A program made the translations under genes and the position numbers. Shown here one piece after another: positions 1-31,891 of a stretch of DNA of 42,227 bases. The stretch is from contig NIVC01004552.1 in the NCBI GenBank assembly GCA_002269645.1, forward strand, positions 1 through 42,227, written 5' to 3'. Numbering within the stretch: position 1 is the first letter of the stretch; every line of letters starts with the position of its first letter. The notes beneath the pieces are model-generated. The model was not told where the DNA came from and searched no databases. It saw only the letters and a list, made by a program, of their open reading frames with translations. The stretch is from Macrostomum lignano. Lineage: Eukaryota.

Positions 1-1252
1 TCTTGGCGATCTGGCTCATGTGCTGCCACGCAGTAGGTGTACACCTGTTGGGTGGCTCGCTCAGGATCGATTGGATCAGCATGTTCAGCCACAGTCTGCT
101 TGATGTTCTCGCCACTGCATTAGGACGCGGTAGCAAGCGATGCGGACCTCGGGATCCTCCCGAACGTTACGGAAGCATGAGATCAAGTCGGCCTGGATCT
201 GGCTGCTGATTCGCTTGAAGTGGCTGGCGTGCTCGCTGTCCTCACGGATGTACTTCTCCTCCTGGCTAACAGATCTGGCGTCCTGGGCGGTGACACGGAC
301 CAGTGTGTTGCGACGAAGCATGTTCTGGGTGGCGTAGACGGCCTGGACTCGCTCGGTCACCTTGGTGGTGTCCCTCTTGCGGATGATCGGGGCCAGCTTC
401 TCGTACAGCTCAAACAGTCCGCAGTTCTTGGTCACCTTCAGAGCCAGGTTGCGGGCGAAGTCGGTCTTGTCAAGGCCCTGTCTCACCTGACGGATGAACT
501 CGCGGGGAACTCCTCGGAGTCGGCGGCTTGCGCCTGACGAGCTTCCCATGGGGCATTGCGCCACTGGCGCTTCTGCTCGGCGTTATTTTGGATCGGGTGC
601 ATGTAGGGCCCTCAACACCGCCCTGTTTGGCGTAGTAGACGTTCACTAGAGCGCCCATGCTCAACCAGGCGGTGGAGAAGATCGGCATGCGCTCAGCGGT
701 CATCAGATTGCTGCGGAAGCCGGAATCCTTGACGACTTCGAGCATTCGTCTGGAGCATCTTCAGCTGGACCTTCTCCATCATGCTCAGCTTGGTGAAGAT
801 GATGGAAATGTGGTAGACGTTGAGATTGGCACGAGTGACAAAGTCCCTCTTCGGGTAATGTTAGCCAGCATCTTGACGACCTGCATCAAGAACTTAACGG
901 CGCCGTGGGAGCCAATCTGTGGGCAGATGTCCAGGATGAAGGCCTTCAGCTGCTGCTCATTGCGGGTGGTTTTCAGCTCCTCAACGATTTCGTTCAGATC
1001 CTGCTCCTTGTTCAGGTGGAGGCGCAGAATGCGCAGGATGCTCTCGTACACCTTCATGTCGACCTCATTAGAGTCGATCTGAGCAGCTGGTCGAACAGCT
1101 GGACAACCTTGGACTTCATGGCCTCGCGCGTCGACGTTCTGGCCTCCTCCGGGTAGACCAGACGAATGCCCTCAGGCTGCTCAGTTAGGCTGCTGACATC
1201 GATGGGAGCGGCGTCCTGAGGAGTCTCGCTCGAAAGAAGACGCAGTTTTTGC
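1..1252 (-). CDS. LLTP-like gene exon 4 (alpha-helical domain), multiple frameshifts, runs off window
   Basis: Acceptor atttccag|G at 1252; coding signal hops between ORFs 1054..1305, 785..1057, 470..745 and 85..564. Confidence 0.65.
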
Positions 1253-2606
1253 CTGGAAATACGAGGTAGAAGGTGAAAGAAAAAGTAGTATTTATGCGAG
1301 CCCAACTTGACTGAAAATATTTATTCTATAATAAAGAATTTTACGAACTACTTACACTGTGAAAACCTTCTCGCTGCCTTGGTTGAATCGCTGTAGGGAA
1401 CAGCGAAGTGCACGGTCTTGGCGGAGGCCTTCCGGCATGGTCGGAGTCATCTGGTCGCTTCCCATGTCGATGAGGTACTGGGCCATGTTGCTGACATCGA
1501 TGACGTTCTTCTTCTGCTTGTCGCCTGGCATCATGCGCACGTGGCGCAGGCCGTTCCAGATGCCCGGCAGGCTTCGGGTACCGTCGATCGGGTTCAGGCA
1601 GTTGTTGAAGTCGATGGCCTTGTCAACGCGGAACACCTGCGAGTCGGACTCGTGGTATTCAACCTTTTTGGCGCTGTAGAAGGTCTTGCAGGTGGCGGCA
1701 ACTGTCATCTGAAATTAGGAAGATTAGCAAAGTGATTAGTAAATTTCCAATCAACCGCGGAAAACAGGTATAGAAGTAATTTTATTGCGTAAATATCTCA
1801 CCTCGTCGGTCTCCTTAGTCCACTGGCCTTTCTCCAGGGTGGCTCTTGAGGCATCCTTTGGGATGAAGTTGACCTGCAGCAGGCTCAGACAGCCCTTCTT
1901 GATGTTGACGCTCCAGAAGGGGTCCTCCTCGTCGAAGAGCACCTTGGCGATGGCGAGGTCCCTCGGTCGGATCAGAACGCCGAATGGTTTCTTGAGGGTG
2001 CGCTCCATCTGGTACCAAAGGTCCGGCTTCTCGATGTTCCTGAACTGCTCCATGGGCAGCAGGGTCTTCGGCAGCGCATCGGTGGCGTTGTTGCGCTGGC
2101 GAATGTTGACCGAGCGGAACACCACCGACCAGCGCTCGGCGCCAGTTTCGCTGTCCACGGCGCCGTCGGTGCGCATCACAACCTCAAAACGCATCCGCAT
2201 GGTGCTGAACGCGTTGCTGACCTCCTCGATGCCGGTGGCCACTTGGGCATCGTACTGGTACCTCAGTTCACGGGGCGTGTTCGATCTGAGCTCGCGAGAC
2301 CGCAGACTTGCGGTCGCTGTGAAGAAGTGAATAGAAGGCTAGGTTTTAGTACATGTGGACTAGGCATTCGGCCCTCCTTAAGGGGGGCCCAAATAATTCA
2401 ATCTATAAATCTATTTGCTTAGTTAAAAACCGTTTAATAAATTAAAGAATCGAAACTACTTAACCCCTAATAGCAAAATTTTATTTTCATAGTGCAATTC
2501 TAACTAAAATGCACTACTTGTATCTAGTAGTAGAAGACAAATCCGAAGAATTTTCTAGACACTCACCGGCTAGGCCAACGAAGGCCAGAAGAAGCAGCAG
2601 CTTCAT
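1..2606 (-). CDS. Large lipid transfer protein (vitellogenin/apolipophorin/apoB-like), 5' part; truncated by window edge and frameshifted in exon 4
   Basis: Exons 2567-2606, 1802-2316, 1356-1708 and <1-1252 are joined by GT-AG introns with consistent phases (1, 0, 2). Signal peptide MKLLLLLAFVGLAA. Vitellogenin-N-like segments LRYQYDAQVATGI, ATCKTFY, DICPQIGSHGAVKFL, AWLSMGALVNVYY and DPEVRIACYRVLM. Family recognised from memory of motifs; no search run. Confidence 0.75.
1356..1708 (-). CDS. LLTP-like gene exon 3
   Basis: Acceptor ctaatttcag|ATGACA, donor AGT|gtaagt, matches ORF 1352..1708. Confidence 0.8.
1802..2316 (-). CDS. LLTP-like gene exon 2
   Basis: Acceptor ttcttcacag|, donor GAG|gtgaga, open frame matching ORF 1751..2242. 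Confidence 0.8.
2567..2606 (-). CDS. LLTP-like gene exon 1 (signal peptide)
   Basis: ATG at 2606, MKLLLLLAFVGLA, donor G|gtgagt. Confidence 0.75.
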
Positions 2607-2724
2607 AGTCAGTCGGAGTCAGGTGCAGAGTCAATGCTCTTAGGCTGTCGTTTCAGAGATGTTGCTTCAGGTTGTATTAACCTCTCTCCAAACTTAAATC
2701 TTCACCCTTGCATTCTGGCACTGC

Positions 2725-2731
2725 TTATATA
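2725..2731 (-). promoter_or_regulatory. Candidate TATA box of the LLTP-like gene
   Basis: TATATAA on minus strand about 120 nt upstream of the ATG; position only, no transcript data. Confidence 0.3.
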
Positions 2732-3317
2732 GAGTGGCTAACAGCCCTCAGATCCAGGCCATAGTGACTTTGTCAGCAATTTTCAGCAATTTCCAAAGAA
2801 AAAAAACTGCTTCTTTCAGCAAAATTCAGGACGATTTGATCTGTGTTTCTCTACCCCCCCTGTCTCTGCCTGGGTGGACTGACTTATAGCTGCAGGACCT
2901 GTGTCTTATCATCTTGCGGTGAGGTAAGCAGTTTTTGTTAAACGATCAAAATACGAATCTCAGACCCAGAGCGCAGCCGAAAATGTAATAGTTCAAGCGC
3001 ACTTCGAAGCCTTCGAAAAGCAAACTGCATGGGTTTTTTATATAAATAAGTAATTCTCTAATTGCGATTGTTAGGATTAATCCTTGATTTTTTGCTCACC
3101 ACCTTTGATTCGATTTTCTGTTTCTGGGGCTTAAAGAACATCTTAACCTTCAAAATATCAATAAAGTTTGACAAAAATTATTAATAGTTTTTGTCTCATT
3201 TTACTTTCATCGATAAGTTATTCTAGACCAGAAGGCCAGTTCTTTTCATCAAAATTTCGACTCTAAAATGGTTTGCTTTTTGACAGTTTCATCCGTAGCC
3301 TGTTTATTCATAGTTTC

Positions 3318-3825
3318 ATCCATAGACATTTTGATACATAGAGAGTTTGATCCATAGACAGTTTGATCCATAGACATTTTGATCCATAGACATTTTGATC
3401 CATAGACAGTTTGATCCATAGACATTTTGATCCATAGACATTTTGATCCATAGACAGTTTGATCCATAGACATTTTGATCCATAGACAGTTTGATCCATA
3501 GACAGTTTGATCCATAGAAATTTTGATCCATAGACATTTTGATCCATAGACATTTTGATCCATAGACAGTTTGATCCATAGACAGTTTGATTCATAGAAA
3601 GTTTGATCCATAGACAGTTTGATCCATAGACAGTTTCACCCATAGACAGTTTCACCCATAGACAGTTTCACCCATAGACAGTTTCACCCATAGACAGTTT
3701 CACCCATAGACAGTTTCACCCATAGACAGTTTCACCCATAGACAGTTTTACCCATAGACAGTTTCACCCATAGACAGTTTCACCCATAGACAGTTTCACC
3801 CATAGACAGTTTCACCCATAGACAG
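3318..3825. repeat. 16-bp minisatellite (CATAGACAGTTTGATC then CATAGACAGTTTCACC), ~31 copies
   Basis: Direct reading; 16-aa periodic ORFs in three minus frames. Confidence 0.95.
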
Positions 3826-4235
3826 CTTGGCAGCTATAGCTAAATACAGTATTTTACAGTAATACAGTAGTTTACTGTACTAAATACAGTAGTCAGTAGA
3901 AAGTAGAAAAGTCAATAGCAACGCTCTCACGGCACAAAAGTTTTCCCATAACACTAAATCGATTTAATCAGCGTATGCATGGTCAGGATTAATGAGCTTC
4001 CAAGTCTCATAGAAAAATAATCGGGGAAATAATCCTAGATCACGACAGATCGATTAAAGGGTAGCAGTGTGTATGACTATAGGCAACTTTGAGGTAGTTT
4101 GAATAACATGGATTGACTACGTTCATCCATGATTCATCCATATTTTGATTATAATGCAGAAATCTCCGTTGGGGTTTTTCCTATTAGTACAGTTTGCACT
4201 TTAGAATATTAGCTATCATCGGCTAATCTCTAATT

Positions 4236-4420
4236 AAATGGCGCCAATATCTAATAAAAATGGCGCCAATCTCTATCTTTAATGAAATGGCGCCCATCTC
4301 TATCTTTATTGAAATGGCGCCAATCTCTACTTTATTGAAATGGCGCCAATCTCTATCTTTATTGAAATGGCGCCAATCTCTATCTTTATTGAAATGGCGC
4401 CAATCTCTAATGAGATGGCG
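4236..4420. repeat. ~27-bp minisatellite (AAATGGCGCCAATCTCTATCTTTATTG), ~7 copies
   Basis: Direct reading. Confidence 0.9.
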
Positions 4421-4763
4421 TCTGCCTTCCACTATACTGTAAAACTGTGGCATAGAAAAACGTATTTATGCAAGTTAACAGTGCACTTGAACTTTAATCT
4501 TCAGACAGTTCGCTAATGGGCTTATTTTTAAGTTTCCAGACCAGTTTTGACAGGCAAAGATTATGGTTTAGATAGCATACAGCTGGCGCAAAAGAGTTGC
4601 TTAACTGCGCAAGATAAAGTTTTTGCTGACGCAAAACTTTTCAATCAATTTTTCACTATGAGTAATAAAATTGATTTGTTGACTTTGAGAGTTGAGAGTT
4701 GTTACAGTACTGTTGTACCTGGGCGTGCGCCTGTGTGAGCACGCAAACTAGCCTCTGAGAACA

Positions 4764-5619
4764 GAATAGAATAGAATAGAATAGAATAGAATAGAATAGA
4801 ATAGAATAGAATAGAATAGAATAGAATAGAATAGAATAGAATAGAATACAATAGAATAGAATAGAATAGAATAGAATAGAATAGAATAGAATAGAATAGA
4901 ATAGAATAGAATAGAATAGAATAGAATAGAATAGAATAGAATAGAATAGAATAGAATAGAATAGAATAGAATAGAATAGAATAGAATAGAATAGAATAGA
5001 ATAGAATAGAATAGAATAGAATAGAATAGAATAGAATAGAATAGAATAGAATAGAATAGAATACAATAGAATAGAATAGAATAGAATAGAATAGAATAGA
5101 ATAGAATAGAATAGAATAGAATAGAATAGAATAGAATAGAATAGAATAGAATAGAATAGAATAGAATAGAATAGAATAGAATAGAATAGAATAGAATAGA
5201 ATAGAATAGAATACAATAGAATAGAATAGAATAGAATAGAATAGAATAGAATAGAATAGAATCGAATCGAACAAAATAGAATCGAACAGAATAGAATAGA
5301 ATCGAATCGAACAGAATAGAATAGAATAGAATAGAATAGAGTAGAATAGAATAGAATAGAATAGAATAGAATAGAATAGAATAGAATAGAGTAGAATAGA
5401 ATAGAATAGAATAGAATAGAATGGAATAGAATAGAATAGAATAGAATAGAATAGAATAGAATAGAATAGAATAGAATAGAATAGAATAGAATAGAATATA
5501 ATAGAATAGAATAGAATAGAATAGAATAGAATAGAATCGAACAAAATAGAATCGAACAGAATAGAATAGAATAGAATAGAATAGAATTTTAATAGAATAG
5601 AATAGAATAGAATAGAATA
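4764..5619. repeat. (AATAG)n pentanucleotide microsatellite, ~170 units
   Basis: Direct reading. Confidence 0.98.
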
Positions 5620-6017
5620 AGTATTGCATTTTTAGAACCAAGCAGTTACGTACTCATTATTTAGAAGCTTCTTTGGGAATGGTTAGCTAATTCTCGATCC
5701 GCCACAAAGTGAATATTGATTTTTTAGTCTCTTCTTATAGTTGTCCATAGGCATTCTACAACAAGAGATATCTTTGATAGGATCATTTCTACTTCTTCTG
5801 CAAAGAGTAGAAGATGAAAGAGCATGGGATGATGGGACGAGGAACCAGAATGGCGAGGGACCGAGAAGAGATGAAGGGGAGATATCGGGAAACATTCTTA
5901 ACAGCACATGATCCACCGGCCTGGTCGATGTGACACAACGTTTGCGTTCATCTGGGGGTGCCAGCAAAAGTCTGGAAGAAGTTGAGTGTTTAGACAGAAA
6001 TGCTTGCGTGAGTGTGG

Positions 6018-6488
6018 TAGAGTAGAGTAGGGTATAATATAGTGGAGAAGAGCAATTTAGGGTATACAATAGCATAGTGTAGTATAGTACAGTACAGTAC
6101 AGAAGGGTAGAGTAGGGTGGAGAAGAGTAGAGCAAAGTAGAATAGAGTAGAGTAGAGTAGAGTAGAGTAGAGTAGAGTAGAGTAGAGTAGAGTAGAGTAG
6201 AGTAGAGTAGAGTAGAGTAGAGTAGAGTAGAATAGAATAGAGTAGAGTAGAGTAGAATAGAGTAGAGTAGAGTAGAGTAGAGTAGAGTAGAGTAGAGTAG
6301 AGTAGAGTAGAGTAGAGTAGAGTAGAGTAGAGTAGAGTAGAGTAGAGTAGAGTAGAGTAGAGTAGAGTAGAGTAGAGTAGAGTAGAGTAGAGTAGAGTAG
6401 AGTAGAGTAGAGTAGAGTAGAGTAGAGTAGAGTAGAGTAGAGTAGAGTAGAGTAGAGTAGAGTAGGGTGGAGTAGAGCAAAGTAGAGT
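6018..6488. repeat. (AGTAG)n pentanucleotide microsatellite
   Basis: Direct reading; degenerate left end, pure core from ~6126. Confidence 0.97.
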
Positions 6489-6499
6489 GATAGATAATA

Positions 6500-7206
6500 T
6501 ACCTTTTTACGTTCTATTTGATAAAAACTGCAACCAATTTGGCCACGGCTCAGCCTGACCATAGACATAGAATTTTCCATAGACAGCCACCGCTAGCGGC
6601 AACCAATTTGGTAAAAACTGCGAGCTATTTTGCCAGCTTGAAGATAGCAGCTGCTCTGATGGCGAATCGTGGGCCGTACCAAAAGATAAGTCAGCTGGAT
6701 CGAGAGCGAATCGTGAGAGCGTACAGGAGTGGCGACGACTGGGGAGAGCTTGGCAGAATGATGGGGATGAAGAAACCGACAGTGAGGAACATCGTGACCA
6801 CGTATGAACGAACTGGTAGAGTTGGCACTCTGCCAAAAGGAGGAGTGAAGAGGATGGCGCTGACGGAGGCTATGGTGGACACCATTGTTCAATTCGTCGA
6901 AGGTCAACCTACTGCCTCTCACGCCTCTCAAGTGCCTGCGCTGGATCAACCATTCCCAGACGTACTTCAATCGGTGCTTGAATGCTGAGGACACAATGTT
7001 CTGACTTCGTGCATGTATTGTTAACATTCTTTATCGTTATTGTTATGCTATTGAGCTGCTATCTTCAAGCTGGCAAAATAGCTCGCAGTTTTTACCAAAT
7101 TGGTTGCCGCTAGCGGTGGCTGTCTATGGAAAATTGCTGCGGCTGCGTCAGGCTGAGCCGTGGCCAAATTGGTTGCAGTTTTTATCAAATAGAACGTAAA
7201 AAGGTA
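6500..7206 (+). mobile_element. Internally deleted Tc1/mariner DNA transposon (~707 bp, ~153-bp TIRs, TA-flanked)
   Basis: 6500-6652 is the reverse complement of 7054-7206 except a ~12-nt patch; TA on both sides; internal ORF resembles a paired-like HTH transposase N-terminus; no DDE domain. Confidence 0.9.
6659..6988 (+). CDS. Truncated Tc1-family transposase (N-terminal HTH DNA-binding region only, 109 aa)
   Basis: MANRGPYQKISQLDRERIVRAYRSG...TVRNIVTTYERTGRVGTLPKGG has the Tc1 paired-like HTH pattern with a GRPR-like linker; the frame degenerates after PTAS. Confidence 0.7.
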   Translation: MANRGPYQKISQLDRERIVRAYRSGDDWGELGRMMGMKKPTVRNIVTTYERTGRVGTLPKGGVKRMALTEAMVDTIVQFVEGQPTASHASQVPALDQPFPDVLQSVLEC

Positions 7207-8351
7207 TAGTAAAGCTAAATATATGAGTTTGTGAGATAAGCTGCATAAGAAAAAATACGATATAGGTGAACTTGCAACAACAATATTAAATGAACGCAGT
7301 GTACTTTTTGATGCAATCAATTAATTAAGGCTCTATATTTGATCAAGAGCAATTTATTAATTAATGAGTGTCACAGCAGCACTTTTATTGCAAAATATTT
7401 TTGCTATAAAAATTCGATAAGAACGTATTTGAAAGGTTACAGAAAAATTGAGAAAAATATATTTATGTTCCGGTTCTAATATTCCGAGCTGAAAAATTAC
7501 AAAAACATCAATAAAGTCTGGGTTTGCACCCACAAAGTGCATCATTAGCGAATGACAACAGAAACATGCTGAGAGCTCGGCACGCGATGGCTGATTTAAA
7601 TTTGAAGGCCATGTGTTTAAACAAAATTGTACATGCATCTAAGAGTGTTGAAAATGAAACGAAATTTCAATTTCTGTGTGTTCACCTTGTGTTAACAAAT
7701 AAATATTTAACTCCTACGAGGACTCGTGTTTCAGTTTCTTAGCACTGAATTTGTCAAATCTTTATATATCGGAGGTTCCAATATGCCTATACAGACTGAG
7801 TTATATAGCTTGCCAGCGTTAATCAAAGATTCTATATTACCTAGAGGCGTCACTCCAACATTCACTAGTGTATTTAGCGGCCGTCTCCAAGGGCACCTAA
7901 AAACCCCGGGAATTTGGGCCACAGACACTGTAGCTGCTGCTGCTAGTAGTATAGTCTATGGTCAAAACCCCAGGGTTTTCGCTTGTGACTTCATTAGGCG
8001 ATACGAAAAATTAGCCAGGGGTTGTCGTGCGATTCGCAGAAATGAGAGCCAACCACCCCCCCCCCAGAGAGTGTACATGCCTTGGACGATTAGAAAGTCA
8101 GGGCCGCTGTACACCCTGGGTGAGCGTGTGCATGAGGATTGGCGCGCTGGTGTGTGGGGACGATGTAGCCGAAGGCGTTTGCGCCAGGGTGCCAACAACT
8201 CTCCTGCTATGTTTACTTTATATATAACGTTAGACTGTAGACACATTATGTGGCTACCTATGGTCCTTGAAAGATACCCTTAGGTACGTGGTCAATGAGT
8301 GATTTTCAATGAGCACAGCAGGGTGAGGGTGTCCCCAAGGTAAGTCGGAGC

Positions 8352-28862
<20,511 letters not shown>

Positions 28863-29283
28863 GTTCGCGAGGGCAAATATTCAAAAATTAACTTGTTCAC
28901 TATAGATAGACACGTGCCCTTGGCTGGATAAGCATGTCTGTTCAGTTGCTGGGCAGAATCGTGATGTGGGATTTTGCGCGGACTAATTCGGGTGTGGCGC
29001 GACCGTGTCAACCTGTCCACCTGAGAAGTCGGGGCGGGGCTTGTCTCAGCTCCTCTGCTTCCTTCTATGGGATAAAAATCGTGGGGAGGGAGAGGCGGGT
29101 GATCCAGCTCATCATCCTGTCTGACAGCCAATCCTGGGAGTTCTGCGTGTAGCTGCAAAGCCTCGCGTGCACTGGCTGTGCTCAGCCTCATGCGGGCGAG
29201 GGGATCTGTGGGTATATAGCTAGCTGTGACCCGCCTGTGCAGTAGTATTAGTGAGTAGCGGAATAGTTAATGTTAAAAATTTT

Positions 29284-29662
29284 TTATGGTGGGCTGGGAC
29301 AAAGCCAAGAATTCTAAATGTACATGTAAATTATTATCAGAATTCGTGTTGTCAGCGCTCATTTTGGCGCTGCAGACACTCATTTTGGCGCTGCATGAAC
29401 TCATTTTGGCGCCGCAGGCACTCATTTTGGCGCCACATGCGCTCATTTTGGCGCCGCAGGCACTCATTTTGGCACTGCAGGAACTCATTTTGGCGCCGCA
29501 GGCACTCATTTTAGCGACGCAGTCACTATATTTTGTCTCCATGAAGCAAAGTTATTGATTTTCATAACGGGTCACAAAGTTGGGTGGGGGGACTAAGCAT
29601 TGGCGTGTCCCCATAGCTTTTACTGGAAGGTCCCCCTGTCCCCCTTGGTGGTGATACCCCTG
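29284..29662. mobile_element. hAT-type MITE copy B (5' TIR missing, ~8 internal 21-mers)
   Basis: Colinear with copy A (TTATGGTGGG...GTTGTCAGCGCTCATTTT...TTATTGATT...GCATTGGC.TGTCCCC...CTTTTACTGG); ends GGTGGTGATACCCCTG. Confidence 0.8.
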
Positions 29663-29690
29663 GTAGTAATTACTATAGTAGTGTAGTAGT

Positions 29691-29931
29691 CAGGGGTGTC
29701 GCCATGGATTTTATGGTGGGCAGGGAAGTCAAGAATCTTACATGTACATGTACATGTACATTATTTTCAGAATAGGTGTTGTCAGCGCTCATTTTGGCGC
29801 CGAAATCACTATATTTTGTCGCCCTGAAGCAAAATTATTGATTTCCATAACGGACAAAGTATTGACATCCCCCATAGCTTTTACTGGGAGGCATGTACGT
29901 CCCCGCCCCCCCCCTGGTGGCGACGCACCTG
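29691..29931. mobile_element. hAT-type MITE copy C (complete, single internal unit)
   Basis: Starts CAGGGGTGTCGCCATGGATTTTATGGTGGG, ends GGTGGCGACGCACCTG; flanks GTAGTAGT / GTAGATTA match only partly. Confidence 0.85.
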
Positions 29932-31251
29932 GTAGATTAGTAGTAATAGTAGTAATAGTAGTAGTACTATAGGTAGCCGTAGTGTCACTGGCAAGTCACT
30001 AACTTGTTGATTGCTTCAGTTAGTTGTAGGCAAAGCATAACTAATAGTCTGTTGGGCACAATTCAATTAATTGATTTTTACTACGATTCTTCTTGATGAA
30101 TTTTTTGCCATAAGTTATTATTCAATTTATAAATGTAATTGCGTAAAACCATTGCCAGTATTTGTTTGATTATGCTCTTCAGAACACTTTTTAAAAAGTT
30201 GATTTTCCACGAAATGCAGCTCTAGCTTGCCCAGCCCCAGAGCTTTGATTTGTTTTGTTCTGTTGCTGTTGATACATTTGTAGTTGTTTGATAGTATTTG
30301 TTTAATATTCGTTTTTAGCTCGTTGTGTTTGCTGTTTATTTGGTTTCTTTCTGCTAAAATTCGACCATTGACCCCTGGAAATTGTCTAGATGCCGACTGG
30401 ATCTATCTATCTTATCTACAATACATATTATATTGTAGAATATGGAATGTATTATGTATACATGTATTATGTATATATAATACATTCCACTCTAACTCTA
30501 CCTACCTGGAACCTGAGCCAACTATCTTCGACTTCTACTAGGCCCACTACTACTAAACAAATAAATCTGTATTGTAAAAATCAGTGCTGAATTATTATTA
30601 AGCACTGCATAGGCTATGTTGTTATACTATGAATATTAGATATGCCTTTCTAGCTCATTTAGTGTAGCATATTATCTATACATTTAATATAGATAGTTAT
30701 ATATATAGCCTATGGTATTGCTAGTATATCTAACAAAAAAGTATAATAATATGCATTACTTAAAAAGAATTTAATAAACTTTTCTATTTGCTACTATATT
30801 AATGTCAATTTAGGCTAACATGGACCTAATATACATATGACTTATATGACATATGACTTATTAAAGTGATAAAATACATAATAAAGATATATATATTTTA
30901 TGTTTCTCTATATATATTCTCTCTAGAAAATGTGACAAACCAAAAGCCATTCTAGTTAATTATCTAATTAACAAACCTGCATTAATAGTGGTAGCTCTAA
31001 TATTCTTTAGGGATAGTTAGTTAGAGATATATTTGTTTAGCTAAGCAGTTCAATGGATTCCTATCCTTTAATACATTTCTCTGCTTGATATTATATATTT
31101 TTGTTCTATTAAAAATGCTAAAATGGACAAAATCAGACTTGCTATTCCTATGAGCTTTCATAACACAGTTAGAACCATGTATAAATTTATCATTTCTGCA
31201 GTAACTAACTTTAACTGGCTTATTTAACTTTACAAATCCCACAGATTCTCA

Positions 31252-31891
31252 ATGCTTCTTTCAAATTGGCTCATATTCCGCCTATGCCTAACAGTCCGCA
31301 TATCCAGCGCACTCTGGAACATCATACATGATTGCGATGAGACGTACAACTACTGGGAGCCGCTGCACCACCTGCTACATGGCAGCGGCTTTCAAACCTG
31401 GGAATATTCTCCCCAGTATGCTCTGCGCTCCTATCTCTACCTGTGGCTTTATACACCTCCAGCCATACTAATTAGCTGGCTAGGCGGCTCCAAGGTGACT
31501 CAGTTCTACGCCATCAGATTCTGGATGGCCGTCTGGACTGCGACAGCCGAGACTGTCGCCTTTGGCGCCGTGAAACAACGACTAGACAAGAATAAGTCTT
31601 TGTCAAAGTCTTTGTCCGTGTATTCGTTGGCTTTTGTCGCGTTTAGCGCCACCTCAGCCGGTTTGTTCGTGTCTGGCACGGCATTCCTGCCAAGTTCTTT
31701 CGCTATGCAACTGGCCTATGCTTGCCTGGCTGCCTGGCTGACTGATCGATACGCTTTGGCTGTTGCTTGCATAGCCGCTATGGCTATTGTTGGCTGGCCG
31801 TTTGCTGCCGCGATTGGCCTGCCATTGGCTGTGGATTTGATTGCGCTTAAACGGAAGCCAGGGCTGTTTGTTGCGTATTCGGCTGCGTCAG
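31252..31891 (+). CDS. ALG9: ALG9 exon 1
   Basis: ORF 31252..31917, donor G|gtgcga; an upstream exon cannot be excluded. Confidence 0.9.

Noticed and set aside
1-1100. Programmed ribosomal frameshifting in the LLTP and last genes
   Set aside because: Too many shifts, no consistent slippery heptamers, and clustering at window ends; sequence error or decay is simpler.
4656-6580. Long ORFs of ILFYS / TLLYS repeats
   Set aside because: Stop-free reading of pentamer microsatellites; no splice or start context.
6575-6590. CCATAGACAG shared between the Tc1 TIR and the 16-bp minisatellite at 3.3 kb
   Set aside because: Only a 10-bp match; compatible with chance.
7700-8290. 185-aa plus ORF or possible LINE remnant downstream of eag
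   Set aside because: No RT or endonuclease motif I could identify; may be eag 3' UTR or decayed TE.
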